Part shown: positions 12,776-24,265 of the stretch, piece after piece | Layout of the letters: the number at the start of each line of letters is the position of its first letter | Position numbering within the stretch: position 1 is the first letter of the stretch | Assembly (NCBI GenBank): GCA_028534125.1 | Contig: CM052817.1 | Span: forward strand, 97,032,001 to 97,096,000 | Origin: Lama glama | Taxonomy: Eukaryota | DNA: 64,000 nucleotides | Direction: 5' to 3' | Notes under the pieces: generated by a model | The model's database searches: none | What the model saw: the letters and a program-made list of their open reading frames with translations, nothing else | What the model was told of the DNA's origin: nothing | Program-made: the position numbers and the translations under genes

Positions 12776-14165
12776 GTTTCATTTTGAAGCAGCTTATATT
12801 CAGAGACTGTCTTTGCCAATATTTTATTTACCACCGGTTCACTGTGGGAATTACAATAATTTCACAAGACAACAGCATACAGGATGCATCACGTCTCTTA
12901 GTACATACCGTCTCTAATAGCCTACATAATGTCTCTTAATAAGCTAATAAAGAAATAATATACTCCAAACCAGTGATAGGTTAATTAAACTATTGATTCA
13001 GGCAAAAGGTTAAGGGAATAGAGTCCAGATTTAGTTGAGGTGTATCTTTCTACCAGTTGGTCCTTGGGAGAGACAGCTTGGCCAACTGAGAACAGATGTG
13101 GCAAGTCCCCAGTTCATAGAGCATGTTGCTAGGAAACAAAGGCACCCGTGTTGATGGACAAGATCTTCCTGGGGCTGCTGCATGGCTTTTGCCACTGCTG
13201 GTCAGAGTGACCTTCACCGCAGCAAGAGCTAATGCCCCGAGGTCTCCAGAGAGTGATTTATGTTACCTGGAGGAGGGGAAAAAAGATACCTCGGTTCTTT
13301 GTCCCCCCAAAAATGAATTTTTAATAAGACCCAAGAAAGCATGATATAAACAGAAGATCTTATTAAAAGTGAAAAGGTAGTAAAATATAGTACACTCCCA
13401 AGACTTGGGGGCGGGCCATCCCAGAGTGTGAAAAAATGGTGCCGCTCCTTTGTTTCTCCTTATATCCTGGCTTAGAGGATTTTTTTTTTTTTTGTGTGAT
13501 TGATTGATTGACGGCTCATCTTCCCTGTGCTCAGGCACGCCCATCTCTTTTGTGCACACTCTTACCCATGAGGCACACAGAGAAACCTACAAGAAGGGGC
13601 CCACACTGCAATGTTAATTACATTGTAATGAGCATTGGGCCAAGTGAAGCCGGGTCCTTCTCTCTACTGTGCAGCCGCAGCGTTCAATTCTAGCCAGCTT
13701 CTTTGCTGGCCGTCATTTAGAGAAAGTAAAAATTTTTGGAGCCCCTTATCCTGAGTGCAGGCGTACTGTTATTTTCTCCGTTGCTCCCTTCCCCCTCCTT
13801 TCCCCTTGCCCAGTCCTCATTTCTATCTAACTGCCATTTAGATCAGTAGAGGGTAGCCTTGCCCAGACCGAACTCAGGTGGGCAGCCCTCACAAACGTTG
13901 TGTGTTCATAGGCTACGTGCCCCCTCTCCACAGCTGCTCCTTCACATGTTCTTATGGGTAAGCCCCCAGTGGTGCCCTTCACTAGCTGAGCTACTTCCTG
14001 AGTGCTTCCGGCAACTCCAGCTGTGGGTGATGACCTCCTGACTCATGAGTTCCCTTTTATATCAAAGCTGTAACTTTGTTCTGGAGAACAGCTTCACTCT
14101 TAACAACAGCTTCACTGTTGTCATAAACAAGAAGATCCGAAATTATATCAAACCACAAAGCAACA
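12775..14165 (-). mobile_element. Unidentified LTR-like insertion (~810 bp net), itself interrupted by a second LTR
   Basis: Splits the L1 cleanly. TGTT...AACA ends. On the minus strand TATAAAAG lies near the 5' end and AATAAA about 45 nt from the 3' end. TSD is not clean. Confidence 0.55.
13261..13836 (-). mobile_element. Solo ERV1-class LTR (576 bp) nested in the outer element
   Basis: Minus strand TGGCAG...GGTAACA. 4-bp TSD TTTA at 13257-13260 and 13837-13840. TATA-like GATATAAG. Confidence 0.8.
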
Positions 14166-14512
14166 CGCTTCAGTGTGGAGGAACCTTGCAAACAGTCTGC
14201 TGAGTGAAATAAGCCAGTCCCAAAAGACTACATGTTGTTTGATTCCATTTATATGAAACATCCAGAACAGGCAAATCTATGTAGACAGAAAGCAGATTAG
14301 TGGTTGCCCAGGGCTGGGGGTTTGGAGGGAAATAAAGAGTAATGGCTCATGGGTATGGTTTTTTTTTTTTCTAAAGGGGTAATGAAAACGTTCTAAAATT
14401 GATTTTAGTGTTGGTTGTACGACTCTGTGACTATATTAAAAGCCATTGAACTGTCCACTCTAGGTAAATGTTACGGTGTGAATTATCTCAAAGCTTTAAA
14501 AAAAAAAAAAAG
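14166..14512 (+). mobile_element. L1 (L1MB-like) 3' end, right piece, with poly(A)
   Basis: gaaccttgcaaac..tgagtgaaataagccagtc..gacagaaagcagattagtggttgcc..poly(A) at about 14498-14511. Confidence 0.85.
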
Positions 14513-15578
14513 GAACACAGCTGCAAATAAATACTTACTATCACTAAAATAAGGCTTTTAAATGCCTGTAAACATTGACTGCTTCATGCCAGCCATATTT
14601 CACGTACCACGGGCTGTGAAGTGATCATGTCACTCATTCTGGGTTGGAGAAGAAAGCACTTGGCATAGTTATTTTTCCCGTGGCAAACTGTAGTCCCTCA
14701 GCAGATGCAGCTCTCCTCCCTGAAGGGTGAAGTATCACCCCCCTCCCCCCACCTCAACAGTTTTGTTATATAACATGCTTTTTGCTTCATTGACATGCTT
14801 GCCACATGTCGCATTGTGCTGTGACCCCCACACGCTTGCTTGATAAATAATTACCATTCTGTGAAGTTCTCCCACACATCGCATTCAGGCACTGCTTAGA
14901 GAAAGTGCTTCCCGTTTTGCTTTCATTAGTCAGACATTTCGAATATTATATTTGGCTTGATTTTGCCTGGTTTCTAGTGTAATGCACTTGAAAGGATACT
15001 TCTTTTTCTAATTCACCCATTTATATTTTTGTGGTGGTGATGGGACAGTGGAATCACCTGTGTATCTGGAGCATTATGCATTTTAGAGTGCATTTATACC
15101 GATTACGTTATGTAATATCTATGTGCATGGTAATGTACTCTGTTACTTTAAAAAGAGTGAATTAAGAACATATTGCTTCCAGAAGCCCATGCAATTGGAT
15201 TGAAAAATAATAACATTTTCTGCAGCACATTAGCTGTAGCAAGATTTGTAGATATTTTATGATGCATGCCATTCAGGCATCTAAACTGTCATGGACTGTG
15301 TTTGCCAGAGAAAACAAGAGTGAGCCAGGGACCAAAAGGCTTGACCTTAAGGGAATTCACAGGCTATGAGTATTTGGAAACAAACAACTGTTCAGAGATC
15401 TAAGGTGCTTTGGGAGCTGAGAAGCAGGAGAGAGTAGGGCTGGCTGGGAAAGGTTGTACTAGAAAAATGGATTGTTAAATTTAATCTTGAGGATTTGGTA
15501 ACAGTTTGGCAACTTTGAGGAAGGGCAAGGCAGAAGGAATCAAATCTTTAGAAAACATGTTGAGATAATCCTTAAAGT

Positions 15579-15763
15579 CAAAGGTTCTTAACAGTGAGTG
15601 ATTTTCTGTCGCAGTTGAGATGCAGGCTGTTTCTACTGCCATCTAGTGGATGGAGGCCAGACATGCTGCACAGAGCAGGACTGCCCAGGACAGGACAGCT
15701 CTATATAGAAAGTATCATCTGTTCCAACCTCTCACTCAGTAGGGTTGCTGTTGAGAAGCCCTG
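15579..15763 (+). mobile_element. MER20 (hAT-Charlie) DNA transposon remnant with CTCF motif
   Basis: TIR-like ends caaaggttcttaac / gttgagaagccctg. Internal ctactgccatctagtggatggaggccag. Confidence 0.7.
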
Positions 15764-17175
15764 CTTTAAAGCATTTGAAAAGACAACTCCAACAGTTTGT
15801 GGAATGAAATGGAATTGTACTGGCTTCTATTGCATGTGTGCATGGATGTATACCTGGTGTACATTTCAATTTAAAAAAGTGTAACAGCAGCATAATTTGT
15901 TGTAGTGCAGGGGATGATTAAAACCACAGTGCGACAGGCTCTGTCTGGCTTTATCCTTTCAAGTGTGGTGCGTCATTCAAGAATTTTGCTAAGATTCCAG
16001 TGTAGAGAGAAGAGGAAAGGAAGTAATTTTTTTTAAAGAATTCAGATGCAATTGGTAGAAAATGAAGGGGGTAGAATTAGAAATAGCATTTCTTGTACAT
16101 AGACGTCTGTGTTTTTCATAGAACGCAAGATTTTACCCCAAGGATAGTGTTGTTGATAGTGGCATACTGAAAGCCACATTTTATATTAATTCCAATATTT
16201 AAAGGAAAATCTGAACTTAACATTCATATAAATTTATCCTGAATTTATTCATGAAAATGCATGCTAAAAGACATTGGAGTGTGGATCATCAAAACATGTT
16301 TAGCTTTTGTAAATAAAGTTGTATTGAACAGTTGTATACAAGGTTTTGTGGACACATGTTTTCATTTTTCTTGGATAAATACCTCTGAGTCGGATTACTG
16401 GGTCTGTGGTGTGTGTGTGTGTGTGTATATGTCTGATTTTTAAGAAAATTGACCATTGTCCAAAGTAGTTTTATCCTCCTGCCAGCAACACATGACAGTT
16501 CCAATTGCTCCATCTCCTTACCAACCTTTGATTATGTTAGTGTTTTTCATTTAACCTAGTGTTGAGTGCTTTACCATGTGCTTTCTGGCCATTTATACTT
16601 CTAACATTGTGAAGTTCTATTAAAATCATTTGCTCATTTAAAATATGTTGTTGGTCTTTTTGTTACTGAATTATTTTAAGTATTCTGGATACTAATTCTA
16701 CATTAGCCGTATTAATTTTGAATATATTACTTGTGAATATTGTGAATATTTTCTATTATCTGTAGCTTGCGTATTCTCTTAACAGTGTCCTTTGATGAGA
16801 AGAACATACTAATTTTGATGAGGTTGAATTTATCAGTTAAAAAAAATTATTGGTAGAACTCTGAGAAAACTTTGTCTATCCCAAAGTTGTGAAAATATTT
16901 TCCCATGTTTTCTTATAAAAGCTTTACAATTGATCAATGACTTGTGAAGATTTTTTTGGGTAGTGTGTGGTGTTATTTGTGGCGATTGAGTGGTATGTAT
17001 TTTTTCCTGTACAGATATCCAGTATTTCTAGCACCATGTGTTGAAAAGGACTTCCCTGTCATTGAATTGTGTAGGCATCTTTGTCATAAATCATTTGTGT
17101 ATTTGCAGGTCTAAATCTAGATTCTCTATTATGTTCCATTGGTTTATTTGTCCTTTTGCCACTTGCACAGTATCA

Positions 17176-17304
17176 TTATTTTATTTATTTGTTTGTAGGG
17201 GAAGGTAATTAGGTTTGTTTGTTTGTTTAATAGAGGTGCTGGGGATTGAACCCAGGACCATGTGCACACTAAGCATGCAGTCTACCACTGAGCTATACCC
17301 TCCC
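17176..17304 (-). mobile_element. tRNA-derived camelid-type SINE (Vic-1-like), inside L1
   Basis: ggggattgaacccaggacc..tctaccactgagctataccctccc. Confidence 0.9.
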
Positions 17305-19399
17305 TCACCCCTACTTACCATTATTACTGTAGCTTTGTAGTAACTCTTAAAGCCAGGTGGTGTGATTCCTCTGTTTGTTTTTTTCCTTCCAAAATTATTT
17401 TGGCCATTCTAGATCCTTTGCATTTCCATATAAATTTTACAGCCAGTTTATTTGTAGGAATTATTTTCAGTATTCTGGATGCTAATCCTTCATCAGGATC
17501 CGTCATCAAAAAAATCTAGAGGCCAATATTATCAACATGGAGCCTTAATAATTCATGAGTCTGACTTTCTGTTAATTTAATCTCTAATTTCTCTCAGCAG
17601 TGTTTTATGATTTTCAGTATACGGTCAGGATATCTTTTGTTAAATTTCCCGAGGCATTTTATGTTTCCGGCTGCTATTTTAAAATGTATTATGTTTTCCA
17701 TTTCATTTTCCAGTATGCTGTTAGTATATAAAAATGCAGTTGGTTTTTGTGTTCTACAGTTTTGCTGAGTTGACTTACTGCTTCCTGTATTTCTGTAAGA
17801 TTTTTAATTGTACACAGTGGTACCATGTGTGAATAAAGACAGCTTTTTTTTTCTTTCCAATCTATATGCCTTTATTTCTTTTACTTGTCCTTTTGCACTG
17901 TCAAGACCTCTAATAATATGTCGAATGGAAATGGTGATACTGGGCATCTTGGCTTATTCTCCATCTTAAGGGGAAAAGCATTTATAATTCACTGTAAAGT
18001 ATTATGTTAGTTGAAGATTGTTCTTAGATGCCTTTTACATTGAGAAAGTTTTTGTCTTTCCTAGTTTTAATCACAAATGAATGTTGACTTTTGAAAAAAT
18101 GCTTGTCAGTATCTATTGAAATGATCATTAAAGATTTTTCTTGAATCTGTTGATGGGTGAATTGCATTAAGTTTTCTTAGTTAAACTAACCTTGCATTTC
18201 TGAGGTTAACCGTACTTGGTAGTGATGTATTAGTGTCTTTGAATGTTGCTGTATTTATTTTGCTAATATTTGGTTGAGGATATTTGTATTTGTGTTTATG
18301 ATGGATTTTATGTGTTGTGTTCTTTTTTTGTAATTTTTTTTCTGATTTTGATATCAGGGTTATGGTGACTTTGGAAGAGTTAGTTGAAAAGTTTTCCATC
18401 TGGCTCTGTTGTCTCAAAGTATCTCAAAGTGGTTTCTTAAGTGTTTGAGAGAATTTTCCTGTGAAGCTATTTTGGTCTGCTGTTTTTTCTTTTTTTGGTG
18501 GGGGGAAGCTTATAAATTAAAGATTGAATTTATTTAGTATGTAAAGAGATACTCAGATTCCCTGTTTTTGTGTGTTAGTTTTGATAAATTAGTTTTTAAG
18601 GAATTTGTTTCTTTCTTCTAAGCTGTTGACTTTTTTGGCATAAGTTTCTTCATAATATCCATTTATTTTTGAAGAGGATCTGTAGTGATACCTCTTTTCT
18701 AATACTTGATACTGAATATTTTTAATTTTTTCTCAAAAAGTCTTGCCTAGAACTTTATCAGTTTTCTTAATTTTTTCCAGATGATCCATATTGTCTGGAT
18801 TATATTTCACTGGATTTTGCTTGTATCTTTATTGCTTCTGGATTTTGTTTTTCTTTTAAACATTTCTTAAGATGGAAGCATTGATTTTCCATTTTATTAT
18901 GAATGTAGACATTTAAATCAATAAACTTCCTTCTAAAACTACTTCTGCTTCCATCCCACAAATTTTGATGTGTAGTGTTTTCATTGAAATTCAGTTCCAA
19001 AGAATTTCAAATTTTTTTGTGTGATTAGGGCATAGGTGCTGACTTGTAACTCAGGTGTTATTTAGAAAGATATTTAAAAAATTCCAAATGGATGGAGATA
19101 TTTTATGTGCAGTATTATTCTTGTCTTTCTACTTTAATTCTTTTTTGGTCAGATAACATACTCTGTATTTTATCAATAAATTGAACTTTACTAGGCTTGT
19201 TTCATTGTCCCAAATGTGGCCCGTTTAGTAAATGATCCACGTGTACTTGAGAACAGTGATTTTTCTGCTGTTGTTGGGTGCAGTGTTCTCCAAATGTCAG
19301 TTGGATCAAGTTGTTTGATGTGCAAATCTTCTATATTTTAATTTTTGATATTTTTCTATCAATGAGTAAACTAGGCATGTTAAAATCTCTAACTCTGAT

Positions 19400-19524
19400 C
19401 TTGTAATAACCTTTAATGAAAAAGAATATGAAAATGAATATATGTATATATGTGCATGACCTGGACACTATGCTGTACACCAGAAACTGACACATTATAA
19501 GTGACTGTACTTCAACTTAAAAAA
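19400..19524 (+). mobile_element. 5'-truncated young L1 3' end with 18-bp TSD
   Basis: TSD aaaatctctaactctgat at 19382-19399 and 19525-19542. Tail atgctgtacaccagaaactgacaca plus poly(A). Confidence 0.9.
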
Positions 19525-20909
19525 AAAATCTCTAACTCTGATTAAGACTTACCTGTTTCCCTTTGAATGTGTAATTTTTGTTTCATGTATTGAATATTTG
19601 AAATCTTTTTTTGTGTGTATGCGCATTTGTGATTGTCTTCTTGAAGAAGTGACCCTTTAATCATTATGAAATGTCTCTGTTTCTGTGGTAATCGTTATCT
19701 TGAAATCTGCCTTGTTTGATGTTAATATAGCTACACTGGTTTTCTTATGCTTGGTGTTTACTTGGCATTTTTTTCATCCTTTTCCTTTTATCTGTTTGTT
19801 TCTGTATGTTTAAATCTTTTTTTTTCAGTCCTACTTTTAAAAAATCCAGTCCATTAGCCTTTGCTTTTAAATCAGGGTTTTAGTTAGTGTGTCTATAATT
19901 ATGGACATGTATAGGTTGAAGCCTGCCATCTTGGTTATGTTTTCTCTTTGTCCTGTTTGCTCTTTGTTCTTCTGTTCTTCCTTTTCTGCCTTCTTTTTAG
20001 TGAAGTGAATATTTTTTAGTATTCCATTTTATCTCTTCTATTGCATGATTTTTAGTTATGCTTCTTTGTGCATTTTTTAGTAGTTGTCGTACAGAATATA
20101 AGGTGCATTTTTCAGTTATCACATTATTAACCTTTTCGTATACAATATAAGAACCTTCCTAGAGTAGACTTCCACTTACCAGCCTTTTGCCCTCTGCACC
20201 TTTGTTATATACTCTGTAATTCTACATACACTATGAGCCCAATAATACGTTACTACTTCTGCGTGATGAAATCAATAATCAGTAATCTTTTAAAGGAACT
20301 TCATGTTTTATTTACATGTATATGGATGTGTGTGTATAATTTTTTTGATTTTAATACCAACATATTTATTCATTCTGATTTTCTTCAGTTTTCTTCTGCA
20401 GAGCTAAGTTTCTGTCTTGTGCTATTTCCCTTAAGTTCCTTAGGCTAATTTAATTTGACATTTCTTACAATGTGCATCTGCTGGAGAATTTTTTCATGTT
20501 TTGCCTGTCTGAAATGTTTTTATTTTACTTTTACTTTGTTGGATGTGGAATTCTGGATTAATAGTTTTTTTCCCCAGCACTTGAGAGAAGTCATTCCATT
20601 TTCTTTAGCCTCCATTTTCTTTTTTCTCATGACAAGTCATCTGTCTGTCTTAGCATTCTCTCGTGCATTGTCTGCTTTTGTTGCTTTCAAAATTTTCTTT
20701 TTATGATGTGCCTACGCGGCACATCTGGGTTTCTTTGTTTTATCCTGCTTGGGGTTCACTGAAGTCCTTGCATATAGGGGGTGATAATTCTTACCAGATT
20801 CAGAAATCTTAGCCATTATCTCTTCCTATACTCTTTCTGCCCATTTTTCTCTTTACTTTCTGGGATTGTGTGATTGCATTATGTTAGACCATTTGACACT
20901 GGTTTCAGA

Positions 20910-21340
20910 TGTACCTGCAGGATTTTAATTTATAAAGACGTCTGAATGATGACATGGAGAGGCTGATGCCATTTGAAGAGAACTGTATTACTTACAGTTT
21001 CCAAGAGAAGAGGGCAAGCCATGCCACATGGGGCCACATGGGGCCACACCAGGTCAGGAGTCAGGAAGGAGTGAGGGGAAATCCTAGACCATAGCCTTTA
21101 TGGGGGCTTCACATGGGAAAGGCAAGGCAGAGAAGGGGGAAAAGCTTGAGCTGACTAGTCTGAATAATGCTGGTGGGCTCTAGGCTGTAGGAGTTGGTTT
21201 TTACTTGTTGGTGTCTGGCCTGGGGGTGATTTGGGAGGGGGGAATACTGGCTTGGTGAGTAAGAGTTAGGTAAAAGGGATGGTTGGGGATATGGACTCGG
21301 GATTGGTTGGTTTGCTTGTGAAAGATGTGTTCCTGAACTC
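20910..21340 (-). mobile_element. ERVL-type LTR remnant (MER54/MER73/MER74-like), inside the L1
   Basis: tattacttacagtttccaagagaagagggc..gccacatggggcc..agcctttatgggg. Family assignment from recall. Confidence 0.55.
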
Positions 21341-22280
21341 TTCATCACTGTTACTTTGTTTTCCATTTCTTGCCTATCCCTTTGTCTCTTTTTAAAAGCT
21401 TCTGTCTCTTTGCTAAAATTCCCATCAGTTTATGCATGTTGACCCCCTTTTGCACTGAATCCTTTAACATATTTATAATTGATTTTAGGTTTCAGCGTGG
21501 CTCCTCTGCCCTCCAATACCTGGGCTGGTTCTGGTTCTGGTTCTCTTGACTGCCTCCTCTCCCGATGTTGGGTTACGTATCTTTGCTTCTAATTTTTTAT
21601 GCCTTCTAATTTTTTTTGGTTGAATTCCAGGGATTGTGTGTAAGAGAGCAATAGAGACTAAAAAGCAAAAGAAATTAAATCATACCTGGTAAAGGGCGTG
21701 CCCATTTTCCCATCAGGCTGCTAGGGTATAGGGCTGTCACGTCCTATGTGTTATGTCCTGTGTCATGTCCTGTGTCACGTTGGTTGGTGGTTGAGCCAAG
21801 ATTCAGCCCTGTTGTTACTTTAATTAGGTTCTGTTCGAAGTCATGGGCTATATGTGATTTGAGGACGCTGTCAGACCATCTCTGGAAATTCTCCTGCCCT
21901 GCCCCTCATTCTAGCACACGCACCTCTTTCCACACTGCTCTCAGACGGCCCCGGGAGCATTTGGGGAGGTCCGATGGGAAGGAATGAAAGGGGAGGTTCA
22001 CATTCAATTTGTGTCTGTTCTCTTAAGGATTCTAAACCATGGCACCAGCCCATACTCTACCTTTAAAACTTTGTTAGAATCCTGTTTTTCTCATCCCGGA
22101 TGCCCTCCTGTGTCTTGCTGCTTCACAAAAGATGAAAACAGCTGTGTGCACATGTACACACCTTCTCTCCAAGAAAACACTTGTTACTTTCTTCATGTTA
22201 GTTCATTAGGTGTTTTGGTTTTTTTTTTTTTTTTGTATCTCCAGCTCTCAGATGGTTATCAAAAAAAAAAAAACACTACT

Positions 22281-22685
22281 AGATGGACCTAGAAATGATC
22301 ATACTAAGCAAAGTAAGTCAGACAGAGAAAGACAAATACCATATGATATCAGTTTTATGTGGAATCTAAAAAATGATATAAATGAACTTATTTACAAAAT
22401 AGAAACAGACTCATAGACATAGAAAACAAATTTATGGTTACCAAAGGGGGAAAGAAGGAGAAGGATGAATTAGGAGTTTGGGATTAACAGATACAAACTA
22501 CTATATATAAAATAGATAAACAATAAGGACCTACTGTATAGCACAGGGAACTATATTCAATAGTTTGTAATAACCTATAATGAAAAAATATGAAAAAGAA
22601 TATATGTATGTATAGCTGAATCACTATGCTGTACACTAGAAACTAACACAACATTGCAAGTCAACTACACTTCAATCAAGAAAGT
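22281..22685 (+). mobile_element. Cetartiodactyl-type L1 3' end (~400 bp)
   Basis: gatggacctagaaatgatcatactaag..gacaaataccatatgatatc..ctactgtatagcacagggaactatattcaa..gctgtacactagaaactaacacaac. Confidence 0.9.
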
Positions 22686-24160
22686 TAAAGAAACGCTGGT
22701 TTTGTAGGTTTTCCATCTCATGCTGTTAAGGTGCTCATGCTGTTCATGTTAAGGTTCATGTCATGTTCTCTTACAACTTCTATGTTCTAAGAAGCAGCAG
22801 CTGTTCTCTAGTGATTGATGGTTTGAATTCACTTTGGAGAAAATCCAACTTGTGACTGTATCATTGCTTACTTGCTCCATTTGAAACACCTTTTCGGTGG
22901 ACAGAAGAAATAAATTGTTAGAAAGTCTTCACTATTAGTAAAACCAGGCAACATGCTTAATCATCTCTGGAAAAATACCTGATTTATAGATTGTATTTAA
23001 AATTTTTTTCCCAGCAACCCTTATGAGAAGCCGAGTATGAAGGCTACATTTCTATAACTGTGAAAAAGTTCCTTGGCTCTCACACTTTTTCCTTCCAGTA
23101 AAACGTAGCACAGGACTTGTAATGTGCTGGGTTTCTTTTCCCCTTTCATTTCAACGTTCCTCTTAGAAAGGCGTTAGAATATTTCCTGATTGTTACCGTC
23201 ATAAGTTTTGGTAGTTGCTTCTTAGTTTTTTCTCTTAATTTTTCCATTTACAATGATATCTTATTAATTGACATCTCATAAATGTCTTGTGACTGTTTCT
23301 CTCCACTCTTTACCTTTTTGTGTATTTTCTTAATTTATGGGCTCATTGATCTATCATGTAGAATATAAGGAAAATGCATGTCTTCCACGTGCATTGATAG
23401 AACTATAAAAAACATGCAGTTGAAAGAGAATTAGTAGATACAGGGTCAAATGTAGAAAACAGACAATAATAGCTCTGTAAACTGCTTCTCACTCTTGGGC
23501 CTGGGGTGGAGCCTGGTGCAGAGGAGTCTTTTTTGGATGAATGAAGGAAAAGAGATTGAGATGCCAGTTTACGACAAGAGCTTGTTGAATTGGAGTGTTT
23601 CTTGCTTCAGATATTAATTCTCAGCCTCATGTTCTGCTAATAGTTATTTCGGTTTTAAGTTTAGACAGACCATCCTGGCCAAGTGCTGTCTTTTATCTGA
23701 CCCACTTTTACTTCATGAGGTTGATACGTCTGCCTTTGTAATCACCAAGAATCTGTTCTGCCTTGCTGTGCGTGGGGAGTTATCCAGGGCTGAGCACAGT
23801 GTCTGGCCCTGAGTACGGACCAGATGTTAGTTTGGTGGAAGTGAAGTCTTTGAAGGAAGACAAGGCTCTCTCCAGTGGGACCAGTGCAGAGCATGGCGCA
23901 GTGTCTGCTCCAACAACCCCAAAGTAGAACTTTATCAATTCTGGTTCCAGCTCCAGTGGCATCACTAATGTTGTTACTGTAGCTTCTCCATGAAATGAAG
24001 AAGAGATCATTGAGATTTCTTCCTTTATGTGAATAATCTGGCACATCGTGGCAAAGTTTTCTGTTCTTCGCCAGCCTCGTATTCACCATGTTGTTCTATA
24101 TATCTATTAAATTTTACTAATTAATCATCTTCCCTTTGTTTCAAAATCTAGAGAAATTTT

Positions 24161-24265
24161 TAAAAAATTTATTTATTTGTTTTCAGTGGAGGTGCTGGGG
24201 GTTGAATCCAGCGTGCTAATAAGCATGTGCTCTACCACTGAGCTGATACCCCACCCTGCTAAAGC
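24161..24265 (-). mobile_element. Camelid-type SINE (Vic-1-like, internally deleted) with 13-bp TSD
   Basis: TSD ctagagaaatttt at 24148-24160 and 24266-24278. Confidence 0.85.

Larger units (their letters stand above)
16290..21650 (-). mobile_element. Long old antisense L1 (L1M-type), degenerate ORF2 region, hosting younger inserts
   Basis: T-rich L1 antisense text. Minus-strand remnants such as KFIWKCKGSRMAKIIL and NENTTHQNLWD resemble ORF2. Boundaries approximate. Confidence 0.8.
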
